Source: Truepera sp.
Lineage (GTDB): Bacteria; Deinococcota; Deinococci; Deinococcales; Trueperaceae
Direction of reading: 5' to 3'
Assembly (NCBI GenBank): GCA_965218435.1
Contig: CBDCKW010000009.1
Span: 1,408,001-1,472,000 of the forward strand
Length of the DNA stretch: 64,000 bases
This document shows, in pieces, positions 1 through 10,349 of this stretch (its first letter is position 1; every line of letters begins with the position of its first letter). The position numbers and the translations under genes are program-made. The notes below the pieces were generated by a model, which saw nothing but the letters and a program-made list of their open reading frames with translations, was not told the DNA's origin and did no database searches.

Positions 1-134
1 TGACACTTTCTTAGCTATCGCGGGGCTTCATAACTTCAGAAAGTTAGATGCTCTGGCTTGGTAAGCCGACTTAAACCCTTTCTCTAAGCCTAGCTACTTT
101 ATTCTGATCGTGTACTTATTTCGCAGATGATTTA
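1..134 (+). mobile_element. Right end of an IS5-family (ISL2-like) element, with the transposase C-terminus at <1..64
   Basis: Frame 2 reads DTFLAIAGLHNFRKLDALAW*, a typical transposase tail. 117-136 is the exact reverse complement of 29389-29408, the left end of an IS fragment with an ISL2-type HTH. Confidence 0.8.
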
Positions 135-193
135 ATAGCTTAATCTAACTTAGCTCAAAAAGTATTTGCCATAGCTGTCAAGTATAGTCACCG

Positions 194-1171
194 CTAATCC
201 GCAACCGGATAAACCCGCACGGCCCGCTCAACCTCGCGGCAGATCAGCCGCGTCATCGTCTCGACGGTCGCGTCTAGGTAGCTGCGCCCGTCGGGGAGCT
301 TGCTCGAGTCGTCTAAGTAGCCCCCCGGTCCGGTGTGATCAGGCGGCCCCATAAAGATAAGTTCAACCACGCCGCGTTTTTTAGCGGTGTTCCACGGAGA
401 CGGGATGAGAGGCCAGCGCCCCGGAAAAAAGATGCTGCCGAGGCGCTGCACGTTGTCGCGGACGCCGTAAAGGTGATAGAGGTGCTCGAGCGTCAGCAAG
501 CCGGGGTCGGCGCTCATCACCCCGCCGAGCGAGATGATAGACACCGGCACCCGGACGGTCCGTTTCAGGTGCGGCGCGGCTCCGAGCGCAACTTGTCCCC
601 CACCGGAATACCCGATGAGCGTAACCGGCACACCACTGCCGAGCGTGTAACCGTTGCGCCGCAGGCCGTGAAGGATCATCTCAGCAGAGCCCTGGTTGTA
701 GATTGGCCCGTAACGGCTGTCCGCTGAGACCGCGACCTGCCAGAGGTTACGGATATTGATCAAAAACCGTGCGGCTCCCGCACCGCTGATTTTGGTGCGG
801 AGCGCCCACCGCCAAAACCAGGCAAAGACCCGGCGACCGGTCAAGGGGCGTTCGGTCACCGAGTAGGGAAAAACGTCATCGACGAGTACCGTATCCGAAT
901 CGGCCAATTCGCGTTTTAAGCGTTGTAAAAAAGTGATCTCGCGTTCGGCCAACGACTCGCCGGAGACGCTGTTGATGCCTGACAAAAAGACGACGAAACG
1001 TGCCGCGTGAACCGGTTCTATGTTTGTGAGCGGTTTAGGCTTGTCCTTGATGCCACTCTCTTCGTCGCCGTACCACCCGGCCCACCAACCGAGCGCCTCA
1101 AAGGGGGAGAGCACGCCTGCCAGCAAAAACGTCAGTACGAGAACGCCTAAAAAGAGGAGTAGCTCGAGCAC
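194..1171 (-). CDS. Membrane-anchored alpha/beta-hydrolase-fold protein
   Basis: N-terminal hydrophobic helix and a GYSGG nucleophile elbow. Start moved to GTG 1171 (AGAGGAAGAG upstream, adjacent to the upstream gene's stop). Confidence 0.7.
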   Translation of the reverse strand: MLELLLFLGVLVLTFLLAGVLSPFEALGWWAGWYGDEESGIKDKPKPLTNIEPVHAARFVVFLSGINSVSGESLAEREITFLQRLKRELADSDTVLVDDVFPYSVTERPLTGRRVFAWFWRWALRTKISGAGAARFLINIRNLWQVAVSADSRYGPIYNQGSAEMILHGLRRNGYTLGSGVPVTLIGYSGGGQVALGAAPHLKRTVRVPVSIISLGGVMSADPGLLTLEHLYHLYGVRDNVQRLGSIFFPGRWPLIPSPWNTAKKRGVVELIFMGPPDHTGPGGYLDDSSKLPDGRSYLDATVETMTRLICREVERAVRVYPVAD

Positions 1172-1172
1172 C

Positions 1173-1844
1173 CTACTCTTCCTCTCTGGATTTGCGAAAC
1201 GCTTTGGGTTTTTGCGGCAAATCAAAGAGTTCACGGAGTTCTTGGCGACTTGTAGCCAAAGGCGCACCGGCCACCCGCCGCCGCAGCCAGCGGACGCCGC
1301 CGACAAAAGGCCGCCCGACGGTGCGTTGCAGTAGCTGGAGCAAAAGCCACCCTAAAAAGGTGCAGAGCAGGGCCTGCTCTAAAGTCAGGCCCAGTGAAAC
1401 CTGTATCCCCCGGTTGACCGCCACCAGGCTCCAAACCGCTAAAAGCAACCCGATAGGGTTGCCGAAATAGGGCGCGAGCACAAAAAATGAAAATAAGTAC
1501 GGTGCGTAGCCGAGCCCGACCGCTCGCATCACGGTGTCAAAGCCCACCGTTTCAAAGCCGGTGGCGCGGCCAAAAACCTGCGTGCTGACAAGCCAGATGC
1601 TGAGCGCCAAAAAAAAGAAGCTAAAAGTATAGATAAACGCCGAAAAGAGGAGCGAAAAGACGAAGCGCCGCTTTTTAACCCGGCTGGCAAAAAGGACCAG
1701 CGACTGCCCGAGCGCCTCGGAAAACCCTGCCAAGACGACAATCAGCGTAACAAACGTATTACGCCACGGGGCCTGATTGATCAGCACGTAAACGCTGTTG
1801 TCGAGGGCTAGGGCGCGGCCCACGAGGGTTAAAAAGTCAAACAT
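1173..1844 (-). CDS. Multi-pass membrane protein (YIP1-like)
   Basis: About 5 hydrophobic helices; directly upstream of and co-oriented with the hydrolase gene. Confidence 0.65.
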   Translation of the reverse strand: MFDFLTLVGRALALDNSVYVLINQAPWRNTFVTLIVVLAGFSEALGQSLVLFASRVKKRRFVFSLLFSAFIYTFSFFFLALSIWLVSTQVFGRATGFETVGFDTVMRAVGLGYAPYLFSFFVLAPYFGNPIGLLLAVWSLVAVNRGIQVSLGLTLEQALLCTFLGWLLLQLLQRTVGRPFVGGVRWLRRRVAGAPLATSRQELRELFDLPQKPKAFRKSREEE

Positions 1845-1966
1845 AGTAAAAGCGTCATCTAGGTGCGGGGCAAGGATAGGCGAAAAGGCGCTGTCATGAA
1901 GTGGGCCGTTCTAAACCAAATGACGTCGGGCACTGCAGCTGTAAGGCAGATACCGAGTGGAGCTGA

Positions 1967-2350
1967 TCAGGTACCCTGGCACTCTGGGCAGAGGCCGTAA
2001 AGCGTGAGTTCATGGTGTTTGACGGCAAAGCCTCCGGGGAGCGTGACGCCCTCTAACACCGCAACCGGGCAGGTCGCCGTAAGTTCAAAGACGTTGCCAC
2101 AGGTTTCGCAGCTAAAGTGATGATGATGGCCGCGTCCGGCTACCTCAAACCGGGCGCTCTCACCGGGGAGGTGGACCGGCACGACCGCACCGTCTGCCTC
2201 GAGCGTACCTAAATTACGGTAGACCGTCGCTAGTCCGAGTCCCGCGTGCGTTTCACGGGCCGCGTCTAATACCTCTTGCGGGGTCAGCGGGCCGGGTGCG
2301 TGCGTGAGTGCGTCTAAGATGGCGCGGCGCTGGGCGGTCTGGCGTTTCAT
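1967..2350 (-). CDS. Fur-family transcriptional regulator
   Basis: TAQRRAIL, GLATVYRNL, HHHF and two CxxC motifs. TAAACT lies 6 nt before the ATG (leaderless). Confidence 0.92.
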   Translation of the reverse strand: MKRQTAQRRAILDALTHAPGPLTPQEVLDAARETHAGLGLATVYRNLGTLEADGAVVPVHLPGESARFEVAGRGHHHHFSCETCGNVFELTATCPVAVLEGVTLPGGFAVKHHELTLYGLCPECQGT

Positions 2351-2420
2351 AGGGGTAGTTTAGCAAACCACAAGCAAACCACAGTATGCTGCTGAGTATG
2401 GGCGCTGCGAATACCCGTTG

Positions 2421-3293
2421 CTAACGCCTGCCGCGCGGGTCGAGGATGTCGCGGAGACCGTCGCCCAGCAGGTTAAACGCTAGCACCGTCAGCAAAATAG
2501 CGAGTGCTGGCGCGGTCGAAGCCCACGGCGCTTCGGCGATAAAGTTGCGCGTTTCAGAGACCATCGCGCCCCACTCCGGGGTCGGAGGTTGTGCCCCGAA
2601 GCCGATAAAGCCGAGTCCGGCAGCCGTCAAAATCGCGCCGCCGACATCGAAACTCGCTTGCACCAAGAGGGGAGAAAGGCTGTTGGGCAAGAGATGCCGC
2701 CACGCGATCCGCCCGCCCGAGGCCCCGAGGGAACGGGCCGCGTCCACGAACTCGAGCCCCCGAATCCCCAAAACCTGCGCCCTGGTCAGCCGCGCGTAGT
2801 TCGGCCACGAGACGGCGGCTACCGCGATCATCACATTGGTTAAGCTTGGCCCGAGCGCCGCTGAGATCGCCATCGCCAAAATGAGTGCAGGGAAGGCCAA
2901 AAAGATGTCGGTTACGCGCATCAACACGTTGTCCCAGAAGCCGCCCAAGGTACCCGCCAGAAGTCCGACGGCTGTACCTACTACGAGCGACAACGCCACA
3001 ACCAAAAAGCCGATGGCGAGTGAAATCCGTGAGCCCCACAACACGCGGTCTAAAACGTCGCGGCCAAGTTGATCGGTGCCGAATAGATGGGCGCTGCTCG
3101 GCGGTAACAGCCGGTCTGAGAGGTTTTGCGCTAACGGGTCACCGGCTAACAGGGGGGCGAGGGCGGCGAGCAGCATCAGCAGCAATACGATCACGAGGCC
3201 GATCACTGCGCCGGGGTCGCGCGAAAAGCGGCGTACGGCGCGGCTCTGCCAAATCCCGCCTAAAAAGGGACGTGTAAGTCTGCGAGTCCTCAC
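2421..3293 (-). CDS. Peptide ABC transporter permease (DppC/OppC type)
   Basis: HLFGTDQLGRD, EAA-loop-like EFVDAARSLGA, FNLLGDGLRDILDPR. Confidence 0.93.
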   Translation of the reverse strand: MRTRRLTRPFLGGIWQSRAVRRFSRDPGAVIGLVIVLLLMLLAALAPLLAGDPLAQNLSDRLLPPSSAHLFGTDQLGRDVLDRVLWGSRISLAIGFLVVALSLVVGTAVGLLAGTLGGFWDNVLMRVTDIFLAFPALILAMAISAALGPSLTNVMIAVAAVSWPNYARLTRAQVLGIRGLEFVDAARSLGASGGRIAWRHLLPNSLSPLLVQASFDVGGAILTAAGLGFIGFGAQPPTPEWGAMVSETRNFIAEAPWASTAPALAILLTVLAFNLLGDGLRDILDPRGRR

Positions 3294-3308
3294 GCTGTCC
3301 CCATAGGC

Positions 3309-4316
3309 TCAGGCATAGCTGATCCGGGGGTCGAAAAAAGCGTAGAGCAGGTCAACGACGAGGTTGATCAGCGCGTAGGTCAGTCCGGCGACGAGGGTGA
3401 CGCCCATCACGGCGGGAAAGTCTAAGGCGGTGGCGCTCGAGGTCGCGTAGCTCCCGATTCCCGGCCAGGAGAAAATGGTTTCAGTTAAAACGGCCCCGGT
3501 TAAGAGGCTCCCCAAGACGTTCGCCGAAACCGTCAGAATCGGCAAGGCTGCGTTACGAAGGCCATGTTTGAGGACGACCTGCCCTTCACGCACGCCTTTG
3601 GCCCTAGCCGTGCGGATAAAGTCTTGCGACAGGGTTTCTAACATGGCGCTCCGCACCATCCGGGCCAAAAGCGCCGTTGAAAATGCGCCGAGCACCACAG
3701 CAGGTAAGACGAGGTGCCGGAGGCTGTCCCAATAGACTTCGTAGTCGTGGGCCAAAAGCGCGTCAAGACTCAGCATCCCGGTGACGGTTTTGGGTTCGAA
3801 TAGGTAGGCGTCCAACCGGCCCGGTCCCGGCAACCAGCCCAGGCGGGCGTGAAACAAATAGAGCATCACAATCGCCAGCCAGTACACGGGCGTCGCGCCG
3901 CCCAAGAGGGCGAAAGTACGAACGATCAGGTCGGCGGGACGGTTTTGATAGAGCGCCGCAATCAGACCGGCGGGCAGCCCGAACACGAGCGAGATGAGCA
4001 TCGCCGCGAGGGTGAGCTCCAAGGTCGCCGGAAAAAAGTCTTTGAGGTCGTCTACAATCGGACGGCGCGTTCGCAGTGAAACGCCCAAATCACCCCTAAA
4101 CAAGTTACCCATATAGTTTGCGTACTGCACAAGAATCGGATCGTTTAAGCCGAACTTTTCACGGTACGCCTGAATCTGCTCTTCACGGGCGTTTTGCCCC
4201 AGCGCGGCGGCAGCAGGGTCGGCGGGAACGACTCGAGAGATAAAAAAGGCCGCAAACCCCACGCCCCAAATCACAAATACCAGATACCCTAAACGCCGCA
4301 GTAGATAGGCCAGCAA
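3309..4316 (-). CDS. Peptide ABC transporter permease (DppB/OppB type)
   Basis: GDLGVSLRT, DFIRTARAKG, ETIFSWPGIG, DLLYAFFDPRI. Start moved to TTG 4316 after a GGAGGT RBS. Confidence 0.93.
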   Translation of the reverse strand: MLAYLLRRLGYLVFVIWGVGFAAFFISRVVPADPAAAALGQNAREEQIQAYREKFGLNDPILVQYANYMGNLFRGDLGVSLRTRRPIVDDLKDFFPATLELTLAAMLISLVFGLPAGLIAALYQNRPADLIVRTFALLGGATPVYWLAIVMLYLFHARLGWLPGPGRLDAYLFEPKTVTGMLSLDALLAHDYEVYWDSLRHLVLPAVVLGAFSTALLARMVRSAMLETLSQDFIRTARAKGVREGQVVLKHGLRNAALPILTVSANVLGSLLTGAVLTETIFSWPGIGSYATSSATALDFPAVMGVTLVAGLTYALINLVVDLLYAFFDPRISYA

Positions 4317-4424
4317 ACGTACCTCCGGGTGTTCCCAACAATTACAAAATACGTGCTCTACCAAACGTTTCTATGCTCAAAAATAACTTGTCCGGCTGAG
4401 ATTTTTACGGCGTCGCTGTAAGGC

Positions 4425-4448
4425 AAAAGAGGGACCCGGAAGTCCCTC
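4425..4448 (-). terminator. Stem-loop after the substrate-binding gene
   Basis: GAGGGAC/GTCCCTC 7-bp stem, followed by TTTT on the minus strand. Confidence 0.55.
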
Positions 4449-4459
4449 GTAGTCACCTT

Positions 4460-6031
4460 TTACTCGGTTTTGCTCACGGCCGTAAAGTCTACGTTACCCT
4501 GCGCATTGCGGATGAAGTTCTCGACTGAGGCGAGCGTGACGATAGGTTTTAACGACTGATACAGAATCGCGTAAGGACCTTGATCAGCGACGAGCGTGGT
4601 GAGTTTTTTATAGACGTCCTTGCGTTTAGCGGGGTCGGTAGCCGTGGCACCCTCCTTGGCGAGCGTTTCTGCTTCTTTGTTTTCCCAAACGTTACGCCAC
4701 GCGAGGCTCTGGGCGTTGTAGTCCGCTAGGGGCGTCGCGTTGCCATCGGGGTCGGGGTAATCGGGGCTCCAGTTGATGAGCACCAGCTGCGCCTTTTGTG
4801 CGCGGTAGATGTCTAACAGCTCGGCCTGGACGGTCTGGGTGATGTTGGCCTGAATACCCACGGCGGCGAGGTCGCTCTGCACCTTCGCGGCGAGGTCGGC
4901 GCACGGGACGCCGCCGAAACACGCCCCGGTCGGGACTAAAAAGTCAACGCTCAGCCCGTTCTTAACGCCCGCCTCGGCGAGCAGTTGACGGGCACGGTCT
5001 TGGTTTTGCTCGTAAAAAATCTTTTCGTTTGCGCCCAAGAGCCCAATTGGGATAATCGTCTGGATTTTGCGGCCCAGCCCGCCTAAGAGCCCTTCGACCA
5101 TGCCGTCTTGGTCGAGCGCGTAGCGCACCGCCTGACGAACCCGGTTGTCGGCAAAAGGTGAGCCCTCACCGGAGTTCATGCCGAGATACTCGAGCACAAA
5201 CGTGTCAGAACGGAGCGCCTTAAACTGGCTGCCGGACTCGGCCGCCTTAAACGCGTCCGGAGTGAGGTCGTAAGCGACGTCAATCTCGCCGGATTCTAGC
5301 GCCGCCCGTTGCGCCGACGACTCTTGAATGTTGCGCAAGATGACCCGGCTGATGCTGCCGGTGCGAGACGCGTTGGGATTGGCCTCGAGCCCGACCTGTG
5401 CGCCCCGGTCCCAGCGCACCAGCACATACGGCCCCGACCCTGCCGAATTCTCGGTCAGCCACGCGGAACCGTAGTCGCCGCCCTGCTCGTGTTCTTTGAC
5501 GGTTTGCGAGTCCACTACGCCGCCGACGTTAAAGGTCAGCAGGTTGAGGACAATCGTCGGGTTGACGCCTTTGGGCAGATTGAGCTGTACGGTTTTATCG
5601 TCTACTGCGACCGTCGAACCGACCTTTAAGCCTGCGACGTCAGTTAAAAGAAACGACGAGGGGCTCTGCAACTCGATCACCCGGTCGAACGAATACACCA
5701 CGTCTTGCGCGGTCACCGGATTACCTGAGGCAAAGGTCGCGTCCCGGAGCTTAAAAGTCAAGGTCGTGCCGCTGTCCGCCTGCGCCACGTCCCAAGACTC
5801 GGCGAGCCCCGGTTTGACCTCGGTTAAGTCAGTGCCCTCGAACCGCACGAGCGTCTCGTAGAGGTTATCTGTAATAAGTGACCCCGAAAACTCGTACGAG
5901 ACGCCGGGGTCCATCGTGATGAGGTCGGAGAGGTCGGCCCCGATCACGAGCGTGGACTGACGCGCACTCTGCGCTAGAGTGGCGGGTAAACCCGCGAGCA
6001 ACACTAAAAGAAACCACCGATACGCACGCAT
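4460..6031 (-). CDS. Peptide ABC transporter substrate-binding protein (family 5)
   Basis: Signal peptide; LYETLV, PGLAESW, GSGPY, RVRQAVRYALD motifs; GGAGG RBS. Confidence 0.93.
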   Translation of the reverse strand: MRAYRWFLLVLLAGLPATLAQSARQSTLVIGADLSDLITMDPGVSYEFSGSLITDNLYETLVRFEGTDLTEVKPGLAESWDVAQADSGTTLTFKLRDATFASGNPVTAQDVVYSFDRVIELQSPSSFLLTDVAGLKVGSTVAVDDKTVQLNLPKGVNPTIVLNLLTFNVGGVVDSQTVKEHEQGGDYGSAWLTENSAGSGPYVLVRWDRGAQVGLEANPNASRTGSISRVILRNIQESSAQRAALESGEIDVAYDLTPDAFKAAESGSQFKALRSDTFVLEYLGMNSGEGSPFADNRVRQAVRYALDQDGMVEGLLGGLGRKIQTIIPIGLLGANEKIFYEQNQDRARQLLAEAGVKNGLSVDFLVPTGACFGGVPCADLAAKVQSDLAAVGIQANITQTVQAELLDIYRAQKAQLVLINWSPDYPDPDGNATPLADYNAQSLAWRNVWENKEAETLAKEGATATDPAKRKDVYKKLTTLVADQGPYAILYQSLKPIVTLASVENFIRNAQGNVDFTAVSKTE

Positions 6032-6154
6032 ATAGCCTCCTGAGGGGTGTGAAGAGGGTTTGACGACCCTGCGGTAAGTATACCCGGTGTTCGCCCGGTC
6101 ACCTCAAATTCTAAAAAATCGGCTACGGTAGAACGAACCCGAAAGGAGTTCCTG

Positions 6155-7399
6155 ATGGTTTACGCCTCTCGAGTCCACGCTGCAAGCTTAGCTGCAAAGT
6201 TACTCGCAAGCTTTCTGCTCGTTTCCTGCAATACCGACGAAGCAACTGCGTCTCCAACGAACCGCGCTCCCACGGTGTCAACCGGCCCTGACCGAACTGC
6301 ACCCCCAGCGACAGGTGTCGCGTTAAACGGCGTCGCTAGCGACCCGGACGGGGACCCGTTGCAAGTGCTGTGGTCAGGTGACGGTGCAACGTTTGCCGAT
6401 GACGCTGCCCTAGAAACCACGGTGACCTTTTCGGGGGTGGGTAGCTACACGCTCACCTTGAGTGTGTCCGACGGCGTGCTTAGTGCCGAGGATAACCTCA
6501 AAGTAAGGGTTGCCGAAACGCCTACGGGTACAGGGATGTGGAAAACACTGCCGCCCACATCAGCGGCGCGGCAAGAGGTCTCTTACGTGCAGCTCGGCGG
6601 TAAGTTTTACCTGGCAGGCGGGAGCACCTTGCATGAAGTCTACGACCCGGTGGCGAAGACGTGGAGGAAGCTCGAGCCCCTCCCCAAAAGTCTCGACCAT
6701 ATTCAGGGCGTAACGCTCGGCGGCAAGGTCTACTATATCGGTGGACTCGCAGGTTGGCCGGGTCCAGCGGTTGCCACGGTTTATAGCTACAATCCGGCGA
6801 CCGACAGCTTTGCCGAGGGTGCGCCCCTGCCCCAAAGCCGAGGCGCGGGCGGCGTCGCGGTATATGACGGCAAGATTTACTACGCGGGGGGCCTGAAAGA
6901 CGCCGAAGTGCAACCCTCGTTTTATCGCTACAACCCGGTTGCCGACAGTTGGTCTGAGCTACCTGATATGCCCCACCCCAGAGATCACTTTCACGCGGCG
7001 GTCCTAAACGGCGTGTTTTACGCCGTCGGCGGACGAGAAGCGGAGATCAACGCGACGATTCCTTTTGTTGACGCCTTTGACTTTGCTACGCAAACCTGGA
7101 CGACACTCGAGACGAGCCTCCCGACCGAACGTGGCGGCTTCGCTACGGCGGTGCTGGGCAACGAAATCTTGATTATCGGCGGTGAGAGCGGGGGCACGCA
7201 CGCCGAAGTCGAGGCGTACACCCCGGCGACCAACAGCTGGCGAACGCTCTCTCCTCTCCCTACCCCCCGTCACGGGATTCAGGCGGCAGTTTGCAGCGGC
7301 GGCGTCTATCTCGCGGCGGGCGGCGTCAAACAGGGTATCGGGCCGTCTACGGTCCACGAGGTTTTTTCGTTCGGAGAACTCGAGCCCTGTATACCTTAA
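6155..7399 (+). CDS. Lipoprotein with a PKD/Ig-like domain and a Kelch beta-propeller
   Basis: Lipobox LVSC; NRAP..SDPDGDPL..YTLTLSVSDG; repeated YxxGG...YxPxxxxW Kelch units. Confidence 0.85.
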   Translation: MVYASRVHAASLAAKLLASFLLVSCNTDEATASPTNRAPTVSTGPDRTAPPATGVALNGVASDPDGDPLQVLWSGDGATFADDAALETTVTFSGVGSYTLTLSVSDGVLSAEDNLKVRVAETPTGTGMWKTLPPTSAARQEVSYVQLGGKFYLAGGSTLHEVYDPVAKTWRKLEPLPKSLDHIQGVTLGGKVYYIGGLAGWPGPAVATVYSYNPATDSFAEGAPLPQSRGAGGVAVYDGKIYYAGGLKDAEVQPSFYRYNPVADSWSELPDMPHPRDHFHAAVLNGVFYAVGGREAEINATIPFVDAFDFATQTWTTLETSLPTERGGFATAVLGNEILIIGGESGGTHAEVEAYTPATNSWRTLSPLPTPRHGIQAAVCSGGVYLAAGGVKQGIGPSTVHEVFSFGELEPCIP

Positions 7400-7487
7400 A
7401 GGTTATACAGCAGAGGTTGTACAGCTACAGTCGGCACTCGGTAAGACCTACTTAGGTCAAGTTTGGGGAACTGCACTACAATGGTCT

Positions 7488-8489
7488 ATGCAGCTTTTTT
7501 TGCTCCTTTTGACAGCTCTGGTTACATTCTCTTTTAGTACCGCCCAAACGCCGAAACTCCCGGACGGCTACCGTGCTGAAACTCTCGTAACCGGGCTACG
7601 CAGTCCCACGCAGATGACCTTTGGCCCGGACGGACGACTCTGGGTTGCCCAACTTGCCGGGGGTGAAAACGCCGGAACGGGTCAGATTGTCGCGGTTGAC
7701 CTCGAGACTCAGCAGCAGACAGTCTTGCTGCGTGACCTGTTCAAACCGACCGGTCTGGCGGTTACCCAAACTGACCTCTGGGTGATGGCCGGAAACCAGC
7801 TTTTGCGTGCGCCGCTCTTAAGAAATGGGACTGAGGGTGCGGGGAGGCTCGAGGTCGTCTTGCAAAATTTGCCTAACAACGGGCGTTCGCTAGGGACGTT
7901 GACTCTCACGCCGGACGGCGGCCTGCTCTTTGAAACGAGCGGCGCACTCACCGCCAGCGGCCCACAAAAAGATTCCGGTATCTTGTGGCGTGTAAACCTC
8001 GAAAATCCCAACAACCCCGAACCGTTAGCTACCGGCTTTAAGGGAGCCTATGGTCACACGTTTGCCCCTGACGGCGCACTCTACACCACCGAGATCGGTG
8101 ACGACCCGATGAACGGTGCGCCCCCATCTGACGAGCTTAACGCTGTTAAACCGGGCGCAAACTATGGCTGGCCCAAATGCTATGGGCGGCGGCTCCCGGC
8201 AAAAAATACCGGCGGAACGTCTGAATTCTGCCAAATGACACAGGCTCCGCTTGCCCTGTTCGCCCCCGGCGCAACCCCGACGAGCGTCGCCGCGTCACCA
8301 TTTTCGCCGGGCAAACTCTTCGCCTCACTCTGGACGCTTTCAAAAGTCGTTCAAGTAGACGCGCAAACGGGCAAAGTGACGCCGTTTATAACCGGCATCA
8401 CGCTGCCGCAAGACCTGCTCGTTGACGGCAACACGCTGCTCGTCAGCAGCTTTGCCACCGGGACGGTCTACCGCGTGAGTAAAAATTAG
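7488..8489 (+). CDS. Secreted glucose/sorbosone-dehydrogenase-like (PQQ-type) beta-propeller protein
   Basis: Signal peptide from Met 7488 (TACAAT 5 nt upstream); FGPDGRLW, DELN..PGANYGWP. Confidence 0.8.
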   Translation: MQLFLLLLTALVTFSFSTAQTPKLPDGYRAETLVTGLRSPTQMTFGPDGRLWVAQLAGGENAGTGQIVAVDLETQQQTVLLRDLFKPTGLAVTQTDLWVMAGNQLLRAPLLRNGTEGAGRLEVVLQNLPNNGRSLGTLTLTPDGGLLFETSGALTASGPQKDSGILWRVNLENPNNPEPLATGFKGAYGHTFAPDGALYTTEIGDDPMNGAPPSDELNAVKPGANYGWPKCYGRRLPAKNTGGTSEFCQMTQAPLALFAPGATPTSVAASPFSPGKLFASLWTLSKVVQVDAQTGKVTPFITGITLPQDLLVDGNTLLVSSFATGTVYRVSKN

Positions 8490-8490
8490 T

Positions 8491-9413
8491 AGACCTCCGG
8501 CGAAAGTCACACAATGGCTTGTAGATCATGGTTGTAGAGAGCAGCAATGAGATTAAGCCGAAGTCCAAAGCGCCTGCGCCGATGACGATAGGTTTCTTTG
8601 AGGATACGCCAGACCTTAAGCTTACGAATGACGTGTTCAGCGAGGATGCGTTCTTTAGCTAGGATGCGGTTATGTAGCTGTTGCTCTGGGGTAAGTACGT
8701 TACCCTTCCAACGTTTATGCGGGGTACGACTTTTGGGATGAAGCTTAGCCACGCCCTGAAAGCCGCTATCAGAAAGAAGTTCGGTGTTTGGCGCGAGCAC
8801 CGTAGCGCAGCGGCTTTGTGTCAATAACTTGAAGTCGTGTGCTCGGCCTTTGCCATAAGCCGTACATAGGATGCGCTGACTGTTTTGTGCAACAAATACT
8901 TGGCTCTTTTGCGTGTGTCGTTTCTTCTTACCCGAGTAGTAACGCCGCTACCCTGCCGCTGCGCTTGGGGCACTTTGTTTTTTTGGGACGTTCAACCGGC
9001 GACTCGGCAATATCCACTACCACAACTTCTAGCGTCTGGTCGTCACGCAACGCTTTGCGTCCCGGCAGTGTGAACTTACCCGAGCTGATGAGGGCGTCTT
9101 CGACGCGTTCTATGGTGCGCCGCACGGTGCTCTCGTCTACGCCCCAATCTTCTGACAAGTGAAAGTGGGTTCGGTATTCTCGTAAAAACGATAGGGTCAG
9201 TACAAGTTGGTCTTCAAGACACAGCGCGGGAGTTCGTCCGCGTTTCTTCTTCCGCCCCTCTCTCGCTTTAAGTAACTCCAGCATCGTTCTGAAAGTGGTG
9301 GGCTTGACCCCAAGTTTGCGTTTGAACTTCTCAGGTGACAACTTTAGACTCCGTGCTGTTTGTTCGCGCATCTTTACATGTTGTCATCTTCGAGCTACTT
9401 TCGCCGGAGGTCT
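8491..9413 (-). mobile_element. IS5-family (ISL2/IS702-like) element with a split and probably inactive transposase
   Basis: Perfect 17-bp TIRs AGACCTCCGGCGAAAGT; AGT duplicated at both flanks. ORF A (8928-9371) is HTH plus DIAESPVERPKK. The downstream frame has YSGKKKRH, DSGFQG and AEHVIRKLK. Confidence 0.92.
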
Positions 9414-9550
9414 AGTGTATCTGTCGGCCTCTTCATCTGAATAACAGCGTGGGTCATTAAACGTTATGACCGTAACCTTAAATGGGAAACGCTGCGCAAG
9501 GTAGAAAAGAAGCTCGAGCAAGCCAAATAAGCGTATGGTAATTTAGCGCC

Positions 9551-10345
9551 ATGTATACACTTGACCTAAGCGGCAAAAAAGGCGTTGTTTTTGGCGTCAC
9601 CAATCAGCGTTCGATCGGCTGGGCCATCGCCGAAAAACTCTCACAAGCAGGCGCACAACTCGCGTTCGGTTATCAAGGCGAAAGACTTAAAGGCACCTTA
9701 GAAAAGCTCACCGTCGGGTTTAATAATCCCCTGCTTTTACAGTGTGACGTCACCCAAGACGATGAACTCGACGCAGCTTTCTCAACCCTGAAAAGCGAGT
9801 TTGGTGAACTTGATTACCTCATTCACGCCGTTGCTTTTGCCCCACCAGCAACGTTTGAACGACCCTTTTACGAGGTTTCCCGCGAAGACTGGGCGCTGGC
9901 GATGGACGTGTCGGCCTATTCACTCGTGGCGATGGCGCAGCGGGCGCAGCCGCTACTGAAAGAGGGCGGCGGGATGTTGGCGCTCTCGTATCTGGCGGCT
10001 GAACGTGTGGTGCCGCACTACAACATGATGGGCGTGGCGAAGGCGGCGCTCGAGGCCAGCGTCAGATTCCTCGCCTACGACCTCGGCGCGCAAGGTGTCC
10101 GGGTCAACGCGATTAGCGCGGGGCCGCTGCGCACCGTGGCAGCCCGGAGCATTTCAGGGTTTGGCAGCATGTTTGAAGCCGCCGGTAAACTCTCGATGCT
10201 AAAGCGCAACATCACCCAGGATGAGGTTGCGGGCGTTGCCTTGTCGCTCCTGACTGAAGAACTAGGCGGCGGCGTCACGGGGGAGACCGTGTATGTAGAC
10301 GCCGGGTACAATGCGATGGGGATGTTTTTGGACGAGCAAAAATAA
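9551..10345 (+). CDS. fabI: Enoyl-ACP reductase
   Basis: GVTNQRSIGWAIA, YNMMGVAKAALE, RVNAISAGP. Confidence 0.95.
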   Translation: MYTLDLSGKKGVVFGVTNQRSIGWAIAEKLSQAGAQLAFGYQGERLKGTLEKLTVGFNNPLLLQCDVTQDDELDAAFSTLKSEFGELDYLIHAVAFAPPATFERPFYEVSREDWALAMDVSAYSLVAMAQRAQPLLKEGGGMLALSYLAAERVVPHYNMMGVAKAALEASVRFLAYDLGAQGVRVNAISAGPLRTVAARSISGFGSMFEAAGKLSMLKRNITQDEVAGVALSLLTEELGGGVTGETVYVDAGYNAMGMFLDEQK

Positions 10346-10349
10346 CTTT

